Of a stretch of DNA of 64,000 nt, positions 28,349 through 43,970 are shown piece by piece. The stretch spans positions 2,666,001 through 2,730,000 of the forward strand of contig JAYWIR010000027.1 of assembly GCA_036172245.1 (NCBI GenBank), written 5' to 3'. Position 1 is the first letter of the stretch; every line of letters starts with the position of its first letter. The position numbers and the translations under genes were made by a program. The DNA is from Raillietiella orientalis (taxonomy: Eukaryota). The notes under the pieces were generated by a model, which saw only the letters and a list, made by a program, of their open reading frames with translations, searched no databases and had not been told where the DNA came from.

Positions 28349-31300
28349 GAGCGGGGGAATCTGCTGGCGCCGTCGCCCACACTATGACGGGGAAAGGAGC
28401 GCGCGAGTCACTCTCGCTCCAGGTAAGGCAGCAGCAGCATCAAGCAAACCGGTCGAGGAAACGAAGAGCGGAACTTTCATCACAGGGGGAACGGTCGGAA
28501 AACGCCGTTCGAAGAGCGGGCAGTTCCCCCGCTAGCAGTCCGCAGGAACAGACCGGGAATCCGTGCAGAGAGTTAAATACGGGAGTCCAGCTTCGGCGCA
28601 GAATTGACTCCGCAGTGGCATCCTGCCCCGTTTGCCGCCCGTGCTCATCTGGATCTTGAAAAGAGAGACAAGTGATGAGGCTCGTTATGAGTGCACGCCG
28701 ACACCGCACTCATTCTGTCCATCAAGAGCAAAAAGATGTCGGTGCCCCGCGCAACGCGGACATTTCGTGCAAACGCGAAGAACGCGCGCGCGCGCTTCAT
28801 TCATTCATTACAGGCAGTCGCCTCTTATTCCCAGACCCAATCCTTGGTCTCTTCATCCTAAGAGATGAGCAATCCACGACCACGCCGCCGGCGACGCGCG
28901 GGAACGCGGCCGAAGGGATGGTAGCGACAAGAAGCGACCGCAGGACTGGGGAAAAATCCTCGTCTTGCACGCGAACAGGCAACGCGAACAGGCCAAGGCG
29001 ATATCTTCCCCCACCGCCGTTTGCAGGCAAACGTGCTGAAGAGACACGAAGAATGGGAGGGGGGGAGGAGGAACCCGGTGAGGTGGACTGAACCATCGTC
29101 GGAGCAGACGTGGAACGAGGTGAGCGATGGCGGTGCCACACCTTAAGAAAAACCTCCCCCGAGACAGCCGCCGCCCAAGAAAACAACCCTAGGATCAAAG
29201 GCGGCGGCAGCCGTACAACAAGTCGCGAACTTGAAAACAAACGAAAGCAACAAGCGAACAAACAACAAATCCTCGAACGCATGCTGACGACACTCTGCGC
29301 AGAAAGATTCCAAAACAGCACTCAGCACTGCATAAAATCTTAGGTTTCCCGTGAAAGCTCATAAAGAAACCCAAGACATTTGAAAGGAGAATCACAGCTC
29401 GTTTTGGATTGTACATTCTTTTACCTCTAGGCTGAGAATATGAGGCTGAAGAAGAAGGTCAATAGGGGATCCTTGGGCCCTTTTTTTTTTTTTGAGGGGG
29501 GGGGGAGCTTTCCTTTTTCGGACGAGACAGACCAACAAAAAGGGAACTTCTGAAAACGGTTGCAACGAGACCAGACATCCGGCGCCTCGACTCCCAGAAA
29601 TCCACGCGTCGATAATAAATTGGATTCATAAATAACAGGATGGGATATAGTTATGGCTGGTTACTTCGATGAATTTACAGCAGACATCATGGACATGATA
29701 ATTCGGAAGTGTCTTGATTGCAACTGCATAATTCACCATCCAGTAGTCAGTGCCGAAACAAACCTACAAGCTGCGTGGGCATTCTCTTCCCGAATGCCAA
29801 GTTGATGAGGATGGTGTGAACGTGCACAACAGCCCAACCAAGAGCAAACATCCTTTTTAGGGAAACTGAGGCATTTCTCGAACCTTTAAGGCAACCGCTG
29901 CTAGCAGCAGTTGTGCCAACTTATAAAGTCCACTCAAGTTTTTTTTTTTTTTTTTTACGCGTCAGACAGCCGAACATCTAATGGAAGATCTGTATCGGTG
30001 CAAATCAGCTGGGTATTGGCACAACTTCACCTACAGCACGGCCGACGACGGTCACACCAATAGGTACGGCCTCAACGCAACCCCAAGCAGCAGCAGGTTA
30101 ACAGCGAAGAGAACTGTGGAGAGATTAGAAGGCGCCCCAAAACAGATGATGATCATAGAGAAACGAATATTTCGCACAACAAATTCAAACTCCCGGGACA
30201 GGCGAGTCGAAGGCGGACGAAGGATCAAAATGCAAACACCGGTGGCGAGCTGGCAAACTGCGACCACCTTCGCCATGACGCAGTAGGAACAAGCTCAGGA
30301 CGAATTAAAAACCACTCTTGGACTTCACCCCAAGACGGGAAAGGGGAGAGTGCGGGCGATGGAGCTGATGAACACACGGAGAAGCAGAACACGAACCGTT
30401 ACACAAAAGAGAAGCATTCATCAGTGATAGATGTTTGCCGGTCGCAAAGCAAACCAACCTCGGGCTCGTCCGCAAGAAACAGCGCAACTCGATAAAAGAA
30501 AAAAAAGAAGGGAAAACGAAAGTCGTCAGCTGAATCAACGAAAACGGATGCAAATTGAATTTCCCTATACAACGAATTCAACTGCCTGGGAAACAAACCA
30601 AACTTAATTGAAGTTCGGGGAAACAGTATCCCTTGCAACCCGGTAACCAGAACTTATTATGAGAAGAATAACGATTGAAATGGCCATCCGCGCTCTTGCA
30701 CACACCTCCTGCTCTGATTCAATCAGAGGCAACCTGGTTATGAAGAATGCTCGATTATGAAGGGAAATGAGTCGTGCAGCCTCACGATGAACAGACGAGG
30801 GTTTCCACCTTTTCACAAAGGAATTTCCGGAAGGAATGCGGAGCGAGGAGCTTTTTTTTCCTACAGGTTTCCTGGTGCATGAGAAGGTATTTTACCACCA
30901 TCCGCAGAGAACTTCTTTACTTGTCGTCTCCATCGCGCTGTGCCGCCGCCCGCATCGTACTGTATTCATCCACCGACATGATCAGTGCCTCAACCCTTTA
31001 AGTGGACCGCTGAGATCGAAGCGAACAGTTAAAATACCGAGTTGATGTTGCATACATCTCCTGAACGTCCCGGAAGTCCACGCGCTGATCTTTGTCGTGC
31101 AAGGCTCGCACAGTATGGATCGTGGACCAGAAACGCGGCTGAACCGATGCATCTCGGATCTGTCCCGAAGGAAGATGCGTTTTCCAAGCGGTTTCTCTTC
31201 GGATTCAACAACCGTGTCACTCCTTTCGAGTAGCAGCGGTACCTTATAGGACAGCTTGATCACTTTTTCACCCCATTAAATGCGATGCCAGATAACGACA

Positions 31301-33074
31301 TCGCCTGCAAGCTTTCAGCGACCGTGCGAACCACTCTTAGCCACAATTAGAGGAAAAGATGATGGAAATCGAATTTCTGCGATCGCTGCTTCCAGGCGCG
31401 CGTTTTTTCCATTTAAAACTTACCGAGATGTCGTGGTGCCTTAGGCCAACCACACATTACTCGGTTATTAGTGCTTCTTGCTGCTCCGAATTCTGTATCG
31501 CAGAGTTTAGTGCTGGCCTCGATGAGATCAAATAGAGACGCTGTACACAAGTCACCGAAGCGATTTGTGTCCAGCGTCCCTATCTAATCACAGAAGTGAC
31601 TTGCGGTCAGTTTCTATTTGAGAGCACGGGCACTTCTGCACCCTACAGTTCGTTCGGAGCTTGCCAAAACCGAACCCGTTTGTCGGAAACAACCGATAAA
31701 TTACACCAAGCTCGAAGGACGGGACGGTTGTCCCGCCAACCGGTTTCCTTCTTCAAATTCGACCACCCTCGGCATGTTCTGCACGAGGTCCGCATTGCAG
31801 TCCCAGCATACCCACTCATCCTCAGCAAGTTCGACTCTCGCCTGCCAAAACCAGTTGTTCACAAACCTACTCGGTTTCATCCCTGAGCATGCCCTGCCTC
31901 CCGCAAAACACTAATTGGCGCTCTTCCGCCCAAGTGGGGACAACTACATGGCCATCAGAGCGTGCCTTCTCTGTGGTCAGCATAAGACAACGATGACCAA
32001 CGGGTAAGAGGAAGAACACACCTCACCAAAGCATAAAGCAGACTTAGTATTGAAGAAACTACCGAATCTTCGTAGGAGGTCGTCGGAGAGATCGGTGGAT
32101 GAGAACCACTGCAGAAAATGGCGGCGGTTTCGTTTTGCGCCCGTTTTACATCGGGGCACCAGGATTTCCGTTGACGGGAGGCGACGCGGAGTGCTGCTGC
32201 CCGAGGGAAGGAGGCACGGGCGGAGACGATTCCGTTCCGTCGCGAAGACAATCCCGGAATTTCGAAGACTGCGGAACCTTCCTTACAGCCAATCACGGGG
32301 TACAAGAAACAATTTATGAAATCAATCCGAAGGCAAACGTCCGCGCACACGTTTCTTGATCCGGAGATCCGGCTAAGTCAGAGTATTCCCTGATCTCCGG
32401 GAAGTGTTCCCAACTTCCACTTGGTTCTCGCATGATCTGATTAGCATCAAGAATTAATGTAATGGAACCACATGAAACGAACACCATGATGCATCGACTT
32501 GATGGTCACACGCATCGATGTGGAAATCGGATCGTCGGAGCTGCAGAAGAGCGAAGGAAAAAGAAAAATGCTTCGCAAAGTGGCCGTCGGATGCCACTTC
32601 GCGAAGCACGGGAACATAAGTTCGGACAAGAGTGGCTCTCTTGGGAGTTCAGCAGCCGTGTGAAATCCTATGACTGGACGCTTAGCGGCATCGGGCCGAA
32701 GGGGTGCTGCCAAAGACTTGGATTCTTCGGGACGGAAATGGCGCGTGCAAATAGTCGATTGATCTTTTCGTTCCACCGTGCGGATGCAGCGAAAATCGCT
32801 CGAGGAGTGCAACCTTTTTCTGGACTTTCCAGTCTACCCGCATGCCTCTGTTTCAAATCGCACGGAAAATGTCAACTGGGGTCAAAAGGCACCACAGCAG
32901 TCGATGCAAATCAGAACCGAGTCCAGTTTATCAAACGGGCAGAAAAAATGGAAAGCAAAAAAAAAACACACGAAATCCCCATTCGCAGTGCAAAATCCTA
33001 CTAACGAAAATTGACAGCACCAGAATTCCGGTTGAAACGATCTCGACGTGGTACTTACGATGCAAGAAACCGGA

Positions 33075-33076
<2 letters not shown>

Positions 33077-33130
<54 letters not shown>
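33077..33130. repeat. (GT)27 microsatellite
   Basis: Read directly from the sequence. Confidence 0.98.
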
Positions 33131-33133
<3 letters not shown>

Positions 33134-36100
33134 TCCCCCTCATACTTCAACGAACGTGTAACATTGCACGTGCAATCCAGTAATGACGTGGATTGTCCAG
33201 GTCATAAACTTTTCACCCAGTTTTCACAGAAGACAGAAAGCACGACTCCTCCATCTTTCAATGAGACGCCCATCCCGTGCCAACACGAAAAACGCTGCCC
33301 CGCCGACAGAGTGCTACTCGCATCGCAGGCCCTCACATACTGGGCGTTTCCCCTCTTCTCGGGTGTTCTTCATGGCACCGAAGAGCTGGAAACTGGATGA
33401 CGCTAGGTCCAAAGTTCGTGAAGTATGGAGGCAAACTACGACCATCCGCGGAAGGCGATGGACAGCCCCGCAGTCTGAATGACCTGCGTGTGGAGAGAGA
33501 AGATCCGAATCGGAAAACAATCGGAGGGCCCCGTGCGCTGTTCCCTCCACACGTGAACACCTCGAAAAGCCGTCCACACACCGTTCAAGGATTCGTTCCC
33601 ACGCACTTCGGTTCTGCAGCGGAAACTGTGCACCGCGTCGAGAACGAACCTCTCGACTTCTCAAGGAGGAGTAATCAATATGTAGGAAGTGAATTCCCGC
33701 GACGCGACATGTACCAGTCCCCTGAAAGCGCTTCCCGACGCAAACCGCCCCATCGAAACACATGCAGGTCGAAGGGATTCTACTGGAAAGGAAGACATTC
33801 GCCACCGGCTGGATGGACATTTTTCTACTCCGCAGTCCATCAACCACTCCGCCGCTGTGGAGTCCCGTTCATCGGCACTGGATCGATGGTGTGAATCGAA
33901 TGCTCGCCTCTGGCAAGCAAGGAGCAAAAGCTGCCTCCTCGTCTTCGGCGAGCGACCCGTCCTCCCTTCTCTTTGCTTCTCGAGTGTGGCGCGGGAACGA
34001 AAACCCCCTCGCCACACTCGACGCACGGCGTGGAAGGTGAAAGCGGAATCTGGCTGTCGCCAGTGGAAGAACATCGGTGACCGAGGGTGGTGGTGACCGA
34101 GACTCACCGAACTCTGACCGGATCGCGAATCGGACCACGGCGCTTCCCTTGCGAGGAGAGCGACAATTTTGGGAAACAGAAGAAGAAAGACGCCTCCTGC
34201 TTACCTTGCACCAGTGATGGATCCTTCCCAGAACGACGTCGCAACGAGCTTTCTTAGCGATTTCGCTGCCGTGTAGTTCCTTATCACGTAGGTTAGATCT
34301 TTAACCGCGGGTACAGGCGACAGATATTTATCCCTTAGTCGTTCTCGAAATTTGTTCCGGGCAAATGCTTCCCACGTATTGAAATTAACGAGGATACCGC
34401 GTGCGGAGATGTACGAAGCATGTGAGCGCATACGAAATATGTACACAGGCGTATAATTCATCGGGAAATAACGCATCGACGTGTGGATGCCACCGGGACT
34501 GCACAGTGTGCAGCTATCGATCGAACCATCCGCAGTGGGGGACGGTTCGATCTTCATATATCCACACTCCCTGTAGCAAAACGCAATTTTATTTAATGCA
34601 TCCTTAGCTATTAGGAAGCATCTCGCGCGGCTGCAAAACAGAGGGGAGGCGAAGTGAGAGGGTTGGATAAACTTTGTGGTTAAAATGGGCAACAGAAATA
34701 AACACAAGGCAAGCCGAAACAGGAACGGGGATCCCTTCTTAAGCTTTGAGAGACAACTTTGGGCCAGTTCGATCCCATCCTGATCTCGGGATCGCTTGCG
34801 ATCTCGATGCGACCCGCACGCATCCCTTTTGTGTGTGTGTGTGTGTGTGTGCGTTTCTTTTTTTTTTCTTTCTTTCTTTTTTGCGTTGCTCCTTCCTCCC
34901 TGATTTTCAAGCGAATAACCGCCATGACGTGACGTGTGTTGACAAAAATCGAAGCGCTCCCGAACTCATTCGTTCCTGTTTTTTTTTTTTTTTTCTCTCT
35001 TGGGAAAAACTTTCATAAATGCGTTTGGAAGCCATCGACAAGGAAGACCTCGGTATTCTTTGCAGATCATTGTTCCCGACACTCGAGCCGAGAACCAAGT
35101 GGATTAGTACCACACTACTTGACACGGGACTACGTCAATCAATTCCTAATCCTCTTAATGAAAAACTTGTTGGGAATCGCATGAGGTTTCGCAGTATCTT
35201 CGATTCCTCATAAGCGCGGGAGGCGCGCTGCACGATCCCTCCCCCCCCCTCCCCCACAAGTCAGCCTTCCGATGTCTCAGACGCAGGCACGTATTAACAG
35301 CAGTCTAGAAGTGCAGCGAGTAATATCCGAAATCAACGTCCCAAAGAATATTGATCTGCTTCAACAGCATGTACGTGCGTGTACATCCCTCCCAACTTCC
35401 TCTCTGTATTACGATACTCCCGTCCTTCGGCTTCCGTAAAAGATTTTCAACAGCCGGAGCGCCATCCTGATTCATCCTCTAAAACCTGCCATTATACACG
35501 TCAATTCGCAGTTAATTCTTTCGCGACGTCCCATCCGATCCCCGAATATTCGAGTGGACTCCCTACCCGATCCGGAAGGTCAGAAACTGTGTGTACAATT
35601 CCTAAACAACCCATAAATCACGTGCTTCCTTCTGAAAGTTATTGACCATAAATAATTGAATGCATTCAAAACTGAAAATGAAAGATTTCTTTTGAGAATA
35701 AAAACTATTTAAGCATAATTTCATACGCATACACGCCAAAAAAAAAAAAAGCACACCCCAGACATTTTTTATTTGTCCGTTGTTTTTCCCTTGCCAATTC
35801 AGCTGCACAAAGACGATTGTATTACGGCAAAACGCTTTAGTGCCCCTTTAAGAGAGCTTTTTTTTCCCTCGAGTTTTCTTTTTCCCTCAAGAAGACGGGG
35901 GGGAAAACACACACACACACACACACACGAAACGGAACTCTGGGTCTCGTAAACATCTGGATTCACCAGCACTGCCCAAAAGCAACCGCGTTTCTGCCTG
36001 ATTATCGGGGAAAACCTTCTGCATTTTCGCATCAGCTCCGCAGTTTTCCGAGTGGCTCACCCGTCCGATATGACACGGCCCCCCGGCGCCCTTGAGACGG

Positions 36101-39100
36101 GCATATCCCTCCAAACGTTCGGGATCTTCACCTCTTGTGCGGCCACCATCGAACCCTCCTCTATCGCTAGCCGGCAGATGAAGCGGGCTGAACGGTTGCT
36201 GCGCGTGACGTGGCGAAATTTGCTGTGGCAATTCGATTGCGTACGCCAGGAGTGTGAGGAATCCGAAGTTTCGCAGCCGGGAGCCGTGCCACCGCCGCCG
36301 GGCACAACCAGGGAGCCACAGACGAGTGGAGCCAACGAATAGCCGCTGCTGTCGCTCAAGAGGAAACAGACGACAACTCCTCGAAACTGCAGCTTCGCCT
36401 CAGCGAAAGTGGATCCTCGAGACTCGCAATTTTCCGGGGGCTGATTGAGGATCGTGGAAAATCCTCGAAACCCACTTCGTCGAAACGGAATCTGTACGTT
36501 CAACAGGAGCTCACCGAACGGGACGTTTTTTCGGCGTCCGCAGAAGCGGGCCCGGCCTCGGGCACCACCGAGCCACTTGACAACGCGTTCCCCGACTTTG
36601 CCGCTGCATCCGGAGCCTGCATGTGGATCGCCTCGAAAGAATTACGCGGCTAATTCGTAAACCTTCCCCTTTGCGATCCCCCACTCTGATGGATATGCTA
36701 GCCATACCATCTTGCAACGGGCGGTCCCAAAATCAAGACTGCACCACAATTTCCAATCGGATGCACCAAAAATTACCACATGAAAGATCCTGGGGCATCC
36801 ATGTCTCCAGAATTCACCATCTGTGGAGTTTCCACGGGCGAGCTCAACCAGAACACGCTCCAGCATCCACACCGAAGAGAGAATCAGCTGTCAAGAAAGC
36901 GCGCACCGCACTCTCCCTCCACGAGTCGCCGCAGCACCTCGGACCCCGTTCGAAAACTGCACGATCACCAGTTTTGCAGATCAATTCCGGAACCTCCACA
37001 GAGATTTACGATCCTGAGCCCTGATCGCCGAAATTTCATTCATGCCACAAATCATCATCGGGGACCAGGCACCGGCTGAAACAAGACCAGGATGGAAAGT
37101 TCCAAATTTTGCTGCATCGCCAAATGCCGATCCGTGAATCAACTTGAGAAGTGACGCATCTGATAAATGCAAGTTCAGAAACCCTCAAAAGCCGTCGCGC
37201 ATCTAATACTTTCTACTTTTAGAAAAATTCATGAATTTATTGCATCTGATTTTTATTGCTGTGGATTTGCTCCTTGTTCCATAAAAAGCAGCCACCGTAG
37301 CTGCTCTTTCTCCCCCCTTACTTTTCAAAATTCTCAAAATATTTAAATTGCTGTGTTCGATAACGTCACTCCCTTAGAGCTACTAGGGAAAGCACACGAA
37401 ACCTGCTCGACGCCGAGGGCCTTGAGGGCTGCTGAATTCCCACGGTGGTCATCATGCAAATGAGCCACCAGGACAGACCAGAACGTTTACTCTTATGAAA
37501 ACACAAAAAGTACACGAAACCTGAATGAACGGAAGCATGCCAAAACGAGTGAAGTGACCTTACACTCTCATGGTTTTAAAAAACACACACACACACATAA
37601 GTGTTATCGAATATGTGAAGGCCACTCCATACAGGAACGTGTACACGCATGGTGATGCATACACTTCAACCTTTCTGAAACACCTGGTTACTGAGGCTAA
37701 AGAATCGCGCGTGTAAGAAATTTCGAAATCTTGAACATTACTTTACGATTTTCTCAAATTTTTCACAAGTTCCGACATGTGAAATCACCGGTCGTGTTCC
37801 GGTCTCAAACTGCTCGTCACCTTGGAATCGGGCTACAAATTTTAGATAATCAACACTTGGAAGGGAACGAGCTCACTGATGATGAATTACGCGTGACACT
37901 GAAACCTACGTTTAAACTGAATCCTTCGATTAATCACACATGAAAGCTTCTTAAAGCTCGAATATTCATCACGGTTTCGAAGAACGTTGGATCGCACGCT
38001 TTTCCGTACGCAGGAGTCTGCTGAACACCACAGACACCAGACTATGTAAAAACACCACAGAGAGCACTTGACACAAGGTCTGCTGACAAACGAGAGACAA
38101 AAGGACACTTGCTTGAAAAACACTGACCTCTCGACAGAACAAATGGCCACAAATTCAAGGAAATTACATGAAGGGGAAAACAAATGCAAAAGGATTGTGC
38201 CTTCGATGCAAGAAAGGAACGGCAGCATCATAATTACAATAAGGAGCATTAGCACAACAGTTGGGGTAAGGAAGGAAGGAAGGAAGGGATGGGAACGGGG
38301 GAGAGAAAGCCGGAGGATAGCAAGCACCTCCGCTGCAAGGAGAATTATTATAATGAAATGCATTATAAACATCACATAGCTGGGCTGTGCATACCCCGCA
38401 AGAAATCACGCACGGGGAAGAGCGGGGAAAAAATCGCCCCAAGGCCTGCGATCGAAATTGAAAAACATTAGGCGCAAAAAAACAACGGCAAGCATCAGAA
38501 ACGTGGCGCAGGTACTAGGGCAAGCAGCCTCAATGTTCCACCAATGCGCCGTTGCCAATTACAAGAGGACTGCAGAGATGGGCTTATCGAAAAGCCATGG
38601 AAACCAAGGACACGGGTCGCGAGATTCGGAGCAAAAATGTCAGTGTGAACAGCAGCAAACGTAACGACAGTTTTTTCGGAAGGGACTGCAGACAGTTCCT
38701 GTACGTTGGATCCGCTGATCATTCGCTGGTAATCGAAACGGAGCCTCCTGGAATACTTATAATGCCATTTACCACTTCCCTGCTTATTGTAAAAGCAACG
38801 AAAACTATATTTTGTTCACTGACGAAGCCGCACTACTCCCAGATACTTGGGAATGGCTTCTGCTCCCCACACGACAGTTGCAACGCAGCTCTAGAGGAGC
38901 TGCAGTAATCTTATTACGAGACAGCGGGGCAAGGGCACAAAAAGAGAAAAGGTACGTTCCTGGGAACGCACACACAGGAATACAAATTCTCCTCCAACGT
39001 ACAGAGAAGCTGACGACGAATCCTAACCACACAAGGATGGTCCCAAAAACTTATCTTCAAACCAATTTATTCTTAAGCAGGCAGTTCCAAAGACCGGTGG

Positions 39101-39377
39101 TTTGTGTAACCGAACGGACCAAAGCTTATAAGGATGCAGTGGACCCCCTAGGGAATTCCGACGCCACGAACCACAGGCGTGTGGCATCCGTGAAGTGCGC
39201 TCATCGCTAGCTAACCGTACGACGAATTCTCAAGGAGAGCAAACATGCAGTAGCAAGCTTGGAACTCGCAAAGCTGGGGGGTAGAGCGGAATGAACCTCT
39301 CTCTCCAGAGCAGCTGCCGCTCATGTGGCAGCACCGAGGGACCACGCGGTACTTCTGAGTCACCTCCAGACGCTGCT

Positions 39378-39403
39378 ACCACCACCACCACCACCACCAC
39401 CAC
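39378..39403. repeat. (ACC)n microsatellite
   Basis: Read directly from the sequence. Confidence 0.9.
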
Positions 39404-42400
39404 CGTTGAACCACGAAACGGGCACGCAACAACAGTCGAGATTCATCGACGCATCGGCCTCCCTCAAAGAGGAGACGCATTTTTCAAGTTAACTGCTGTG
39501 TGAATGTTCTGAGGATGAGATGAAACTTTTTTTTGCAGCCTCGACTCAAGACTGGACCGTACTCGGAGGCACACCCTCAAGGGCTCTTCTTGATAAGTTT
39601 TCAGGTTTGCTCTTAAGTCACGAATCATCCCGATCACATTAGATAAAAAGGAAGTGCTTCCTTGTTCACAACAGAAATGGTGACAAAATTAGAATCAGTT
39701 CCAGATGACTTTTGCGGCTTAAAACCTGGAAAATTCCACATTCCTTGGAAGAAATGTACGCCATTCAATCAAATGAAAAAAAGCGAATTTCTCCGCAAAC
39801 ACCCCCTCCTACTTTTGAATGGGACGACTGAGACGATTGCAAAGCTTTTCGTAGATCGGGAGGCTTCGTCCTTCCCGATCTGCAATTTATTGATACCAAC
39901 ACCTCCCAGTCCTTTCCATAAATCCAAAATAATATAACTGCATAGTATTTACCTATAAAACCCGATGCTGATCCTACAAACATCCCTTCCTTTTTTTTTG
40001 CCTGCAGACACCACTGCAGGCCTTATTTAAAAGTGATCTTCCTGAGTGTTTCCCTCAGTAATCAGTTTCGTCCAGATGGGGGGGGGGGGAGAACCATTTC
40101 AACATTTCAGCAGTCATGCACGTTAAAATGTGTCTTCACATCTACTTATCCCAATCATCATCAAGAGAGGCATTAAAAAGCGAAAACGAAAATCCACTGC
40201 ATGCTGTCCACAATATGAAATTTCTTCTTGTGAGGGGGTCACCCCACCACAACCCTCCTCCAGGACCCAGGTCGCAAAATTTTCAAACCAAAGCAATAGT
40301 TACTGGCTTAAAGGTCGAAGTCTGGAGTTCCTCAAGATCGTTCTGTGCGCTTGCCAGCGCATTCCACACGACTTGACCACCGCACTCATTAAAAAAAAGA
40401 AGAAAAAAACACGAAATGCTTTCGTTACAGATGAAAACGAGTTCGTTACAGCTTTCATAAAGGCAACTTGGATTGGCAGAAGGAAAAACTCTGCAGAGCG
40501 ACTTTGGAGGGAGCTGCCAAAACGAGAGAGACTGCAGAACAAAAACCCCTGGATTTTAAATGGAATACACGACACACACCACGATTAAAAAAAAAAAAAA
40601 ATCGAAAGATTTGCACAATGGGTCCGTTTTTCGAGACAGAAAAAAAAATCTACACCAAGGTAAAACCATCGTAAGCACACATGAAAGCTCAACGGCCAAT
40701 TATGGCACTCAAAATCACGAACTGTTCGGTCTTTTATTTTTTTATAGGCCCCTTTTTTTGGTGTTGTTGTCGATTCAGAATATCTTAGTGTTGGTGTTTC
40801 GACTTTCAGAGAGAAACGAAAATTTTGTGCTCCTGGAGAAAACTTCTCTTGGCTATTCCTTCGGTTTTCCTTCTGGGTCGAGAGCGTTCACTCCTCTCCC
40901 ACGAAGAAACCGATCGCGTATTTCCCGTGTTCCGTGTTTATCATCCTTTATTCACCGTGCACACTGTGTTCGAGACTACAGCGACGGCGCTGAATCTTTT
41001 ACCATGAAGGGCTGACTTCAAATTCGAATGAACAAATTCCTTCTGGATACTAAATCTCCTTCAGCTCGTCGCCTGACTCCCATCGGAGCCGCTCTCGGGA
41101 CGGGAAACAAGTCCTTGGGCTCTCGAGCAAATTTTCTGCACTTTTCCGTAGCAACCCACAGTCTCTCTCTCTCTCCCCCCCCCCTCTCTCTCTCTCTTTG
41201 TGTTGCCGCCGCTGGTATGAATGATCTTATCCGTTTTTTTTTTTTGCCTGACTCGGTGCTGGGGCAGGTCTTGGGACCACGACAGACCCGAGAGCGCAAC
41301 GCTGATCCCTCGAGGCACAATCGTCCGGACCATCGTGTGGTATTCTTGAAAACCCCCGTTTCCGTACATCATCCATCCTATCTGCTTCATTGGTTTGTTA
41401 CAGTGACTGTACTAGAAAGACGTAAGGTCAGCAAGCCCTACACAATCCATTGATCTCAAGGAAGCCTTTTCAGATGCTTCTTTGGAGTTCTCCGCTCACA
41501 AACCACGTGGAATTAAGGGAAACGAAAAGCATTTTTATCGCTTGAATTACCAACACAAATATAATTAATTAAATGCTATTCAACTCTAACTACTTATCTG
41601 ACATCTGGCATTAACACAATAATTATCTGAAAAAGAGATGGAACGGCTTGCTTTGATTATAAATGCTATAAATGAATACAGCATACAAGCATGTAATATT
41701 CTACCTTCTAAAAAACTCTAAAATCACCGGGATTTTTGTTCGTTCAACAACTTCAGTAATTCAAGCATTAAAAAGGAACGAAATGTTGTCAAACTTTGCA
41801 TTCTCTTCAAGATTCTTTAAAATGCCCTAAGATTGTATAATTCTACCTTCCTTCCTTTTTTTTTTTTTTTCTTTTAATTTGATTTTCACATATTTAAGTA
41901 TTTTTGTTTTACATCAAGAAATAATAACAAAAAATTTCAACAGCTTAATGCAAATCAGTCTTGCAGCAAACATACCTCATTAGTAACTTTGTCATGAAAA
42001 AGATAAAAAAGGTATTAAGGACATGTTAAGTATTGTTAAGGTTTTTACTCAGTGCTACTTCTGATGTACATGACTGAAGGAAACTTAAGTACAATATCAC
42101 AGGGATAAGCATACTGGTTCAGTTAATACATATAAAATAGCACCAATTTTAATACATGGGATACCAATTCTTAAAATAACCACCAAAACACAACAAATTC
42201 CAACATAAGAATCCGAAGTTCTGGTTTCAGGTGACAAACTGCAAAACCTTTATTCTATAAATGCAAATCTTTACATTTTTAACAGCAATTTTTAACACCT
42301 TATTCTGTACAGTTTATGTGAATCACCTTGCAGAATAGATTTGCAAATTGCGTGTTTCATGAAAAAGGAGTTTGCAACATTGGAAAGCACAGTATTTCCA

Positions 42401-43919
42401 GATTCATAGGGACTGAAAGGTGGATTTCCAACAAACCTGCATTGATCTTCACTTTCTGAGAATAAGTAAAACACTTTCGTTCCAGGATTTTTGGTTTTTG
42501 TTTTGTTTTGTTTTCCAGTTTACTAAAGATATGTTCATGAATTGTCATAAGAATGTGAAAAATTGGACTATTAGATTCTCCCATTTGGAGGCTATGCTGC
42601 TTTGTACATCAACCATGAAATTTTGTTTGAGTGAAATATTCAGACAAATAGCATTTTGTTGCAATTGAAATTTATAAATTGTAATATCAGCTCGAAAACT
42701 GCAGAAAGAATTTGGATTCATGTTACATACTACACCTTAACAAATGCAACACTGAAATCTAAAATTATATTTTTATGGATCCATAAGTATTGCAAGTTGG
42801 TTAATAATTAGATTTAGGCCATAAACTCGGAACTTTACAGTATCAATCAATCATAACTATGATTCTCGCCCTACTCATAAATCATTTTCGATGATCGAAA
42901 TCTGAATGAATTCTGTAAAAGCACAACAGTCATACATCCCAATCAAGTCTCGTTATGGTTTCTTATCCTTGTTTTTGTTTAATACATATAAATACTTACT
43001 TATTTTTATTCAAGCATGCAGAATGACTTTTTCAATGAGAACTTGCAACACAACTGAGCTTTTAGCTCAAAGCAGCTTTATAATACATGTATGCATAATT
43101 CTAAAAAATAAATTCACACCAAATTATAAAAAAGAGTAGTCACAAATTAAAATTTGTAAAGAATGGCATGCAAATACAAAAAAGGGCATGTACAAAAAGA
43201 AAAAAAAAATACACAAACGACTTCATGCTTCTTAAAAAACACAAGTACTGCACACAAGTTAGGGTTCTACAAACTGTAAGCATGCAAGCAAATGAGAACA
43301 AACAGCTACAACATTTCACAAGCCAACGAGTTTTTTTTTTTTTGCCTGAATCATCATCATCACACTCCTTATAACAAAATGCCATGCCCTGTGTTAATGA
43401 AATGAAGCAAGGTTACTCTCTGCACTTTCTTCAGCAATCAGTCACAAAGCTTCCTGGAAATCATGAATTCAACAGTTTACGATTACCGCCCACCAATTTC
43501 AGGCAACGGATTTATTTCTGAGAACTTTCAGTGAGGAGACCTTTTTTTGCCAGGCATTCCCACTTGCTCGCGCGGTGACACGCACGGGCGGACTACGCGA
43601 GCCTTCTGAGAACGCCGCCGCGCCACCGCCTCCCGGCGGCCGGCTCCGGCACTTCGCCACCAACGCAAGGCCTGGGTTAGGCACCACCACGTGCACGGGG
43701 GCGTCTTCCCGGGGTGTCTTCCCCCCCCACACACAGCAAAAACCCCCCACCTGAGTGCACTGGAAAGCAGAAAGCCTTTTGCCTCCTTTTCCCCTGCATC
43801 TACCTGACCATCCCTTTCGCAAATAAAAGGCACGCTGGTGTCTCACCACAAAAGCGGCAAACACCCAAGCATGGAGGAAAACCATTTCCTTTTACAATTG
43901 GAAAATTTTTGGAATTCTT

Positions 43920-43970
43920 CTTCCCCTCCCTCTCTCCTTCTCTCTCTCTCTCTCTCCTTCTCTCTCTCTT
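43920..43970. repeat. (CT)n / GAGA-type tract (a second one at 41162-41197)
   Basis: Read directly from the sequence. Confidence 0.85.

Noticed and set aside
32361..32400. GATC/GATC 9-bp stem reminiscent of 7SK RNA
   Set aside because: No other 7SK features, Pol III promoter or terminator evident; compatible with chance.
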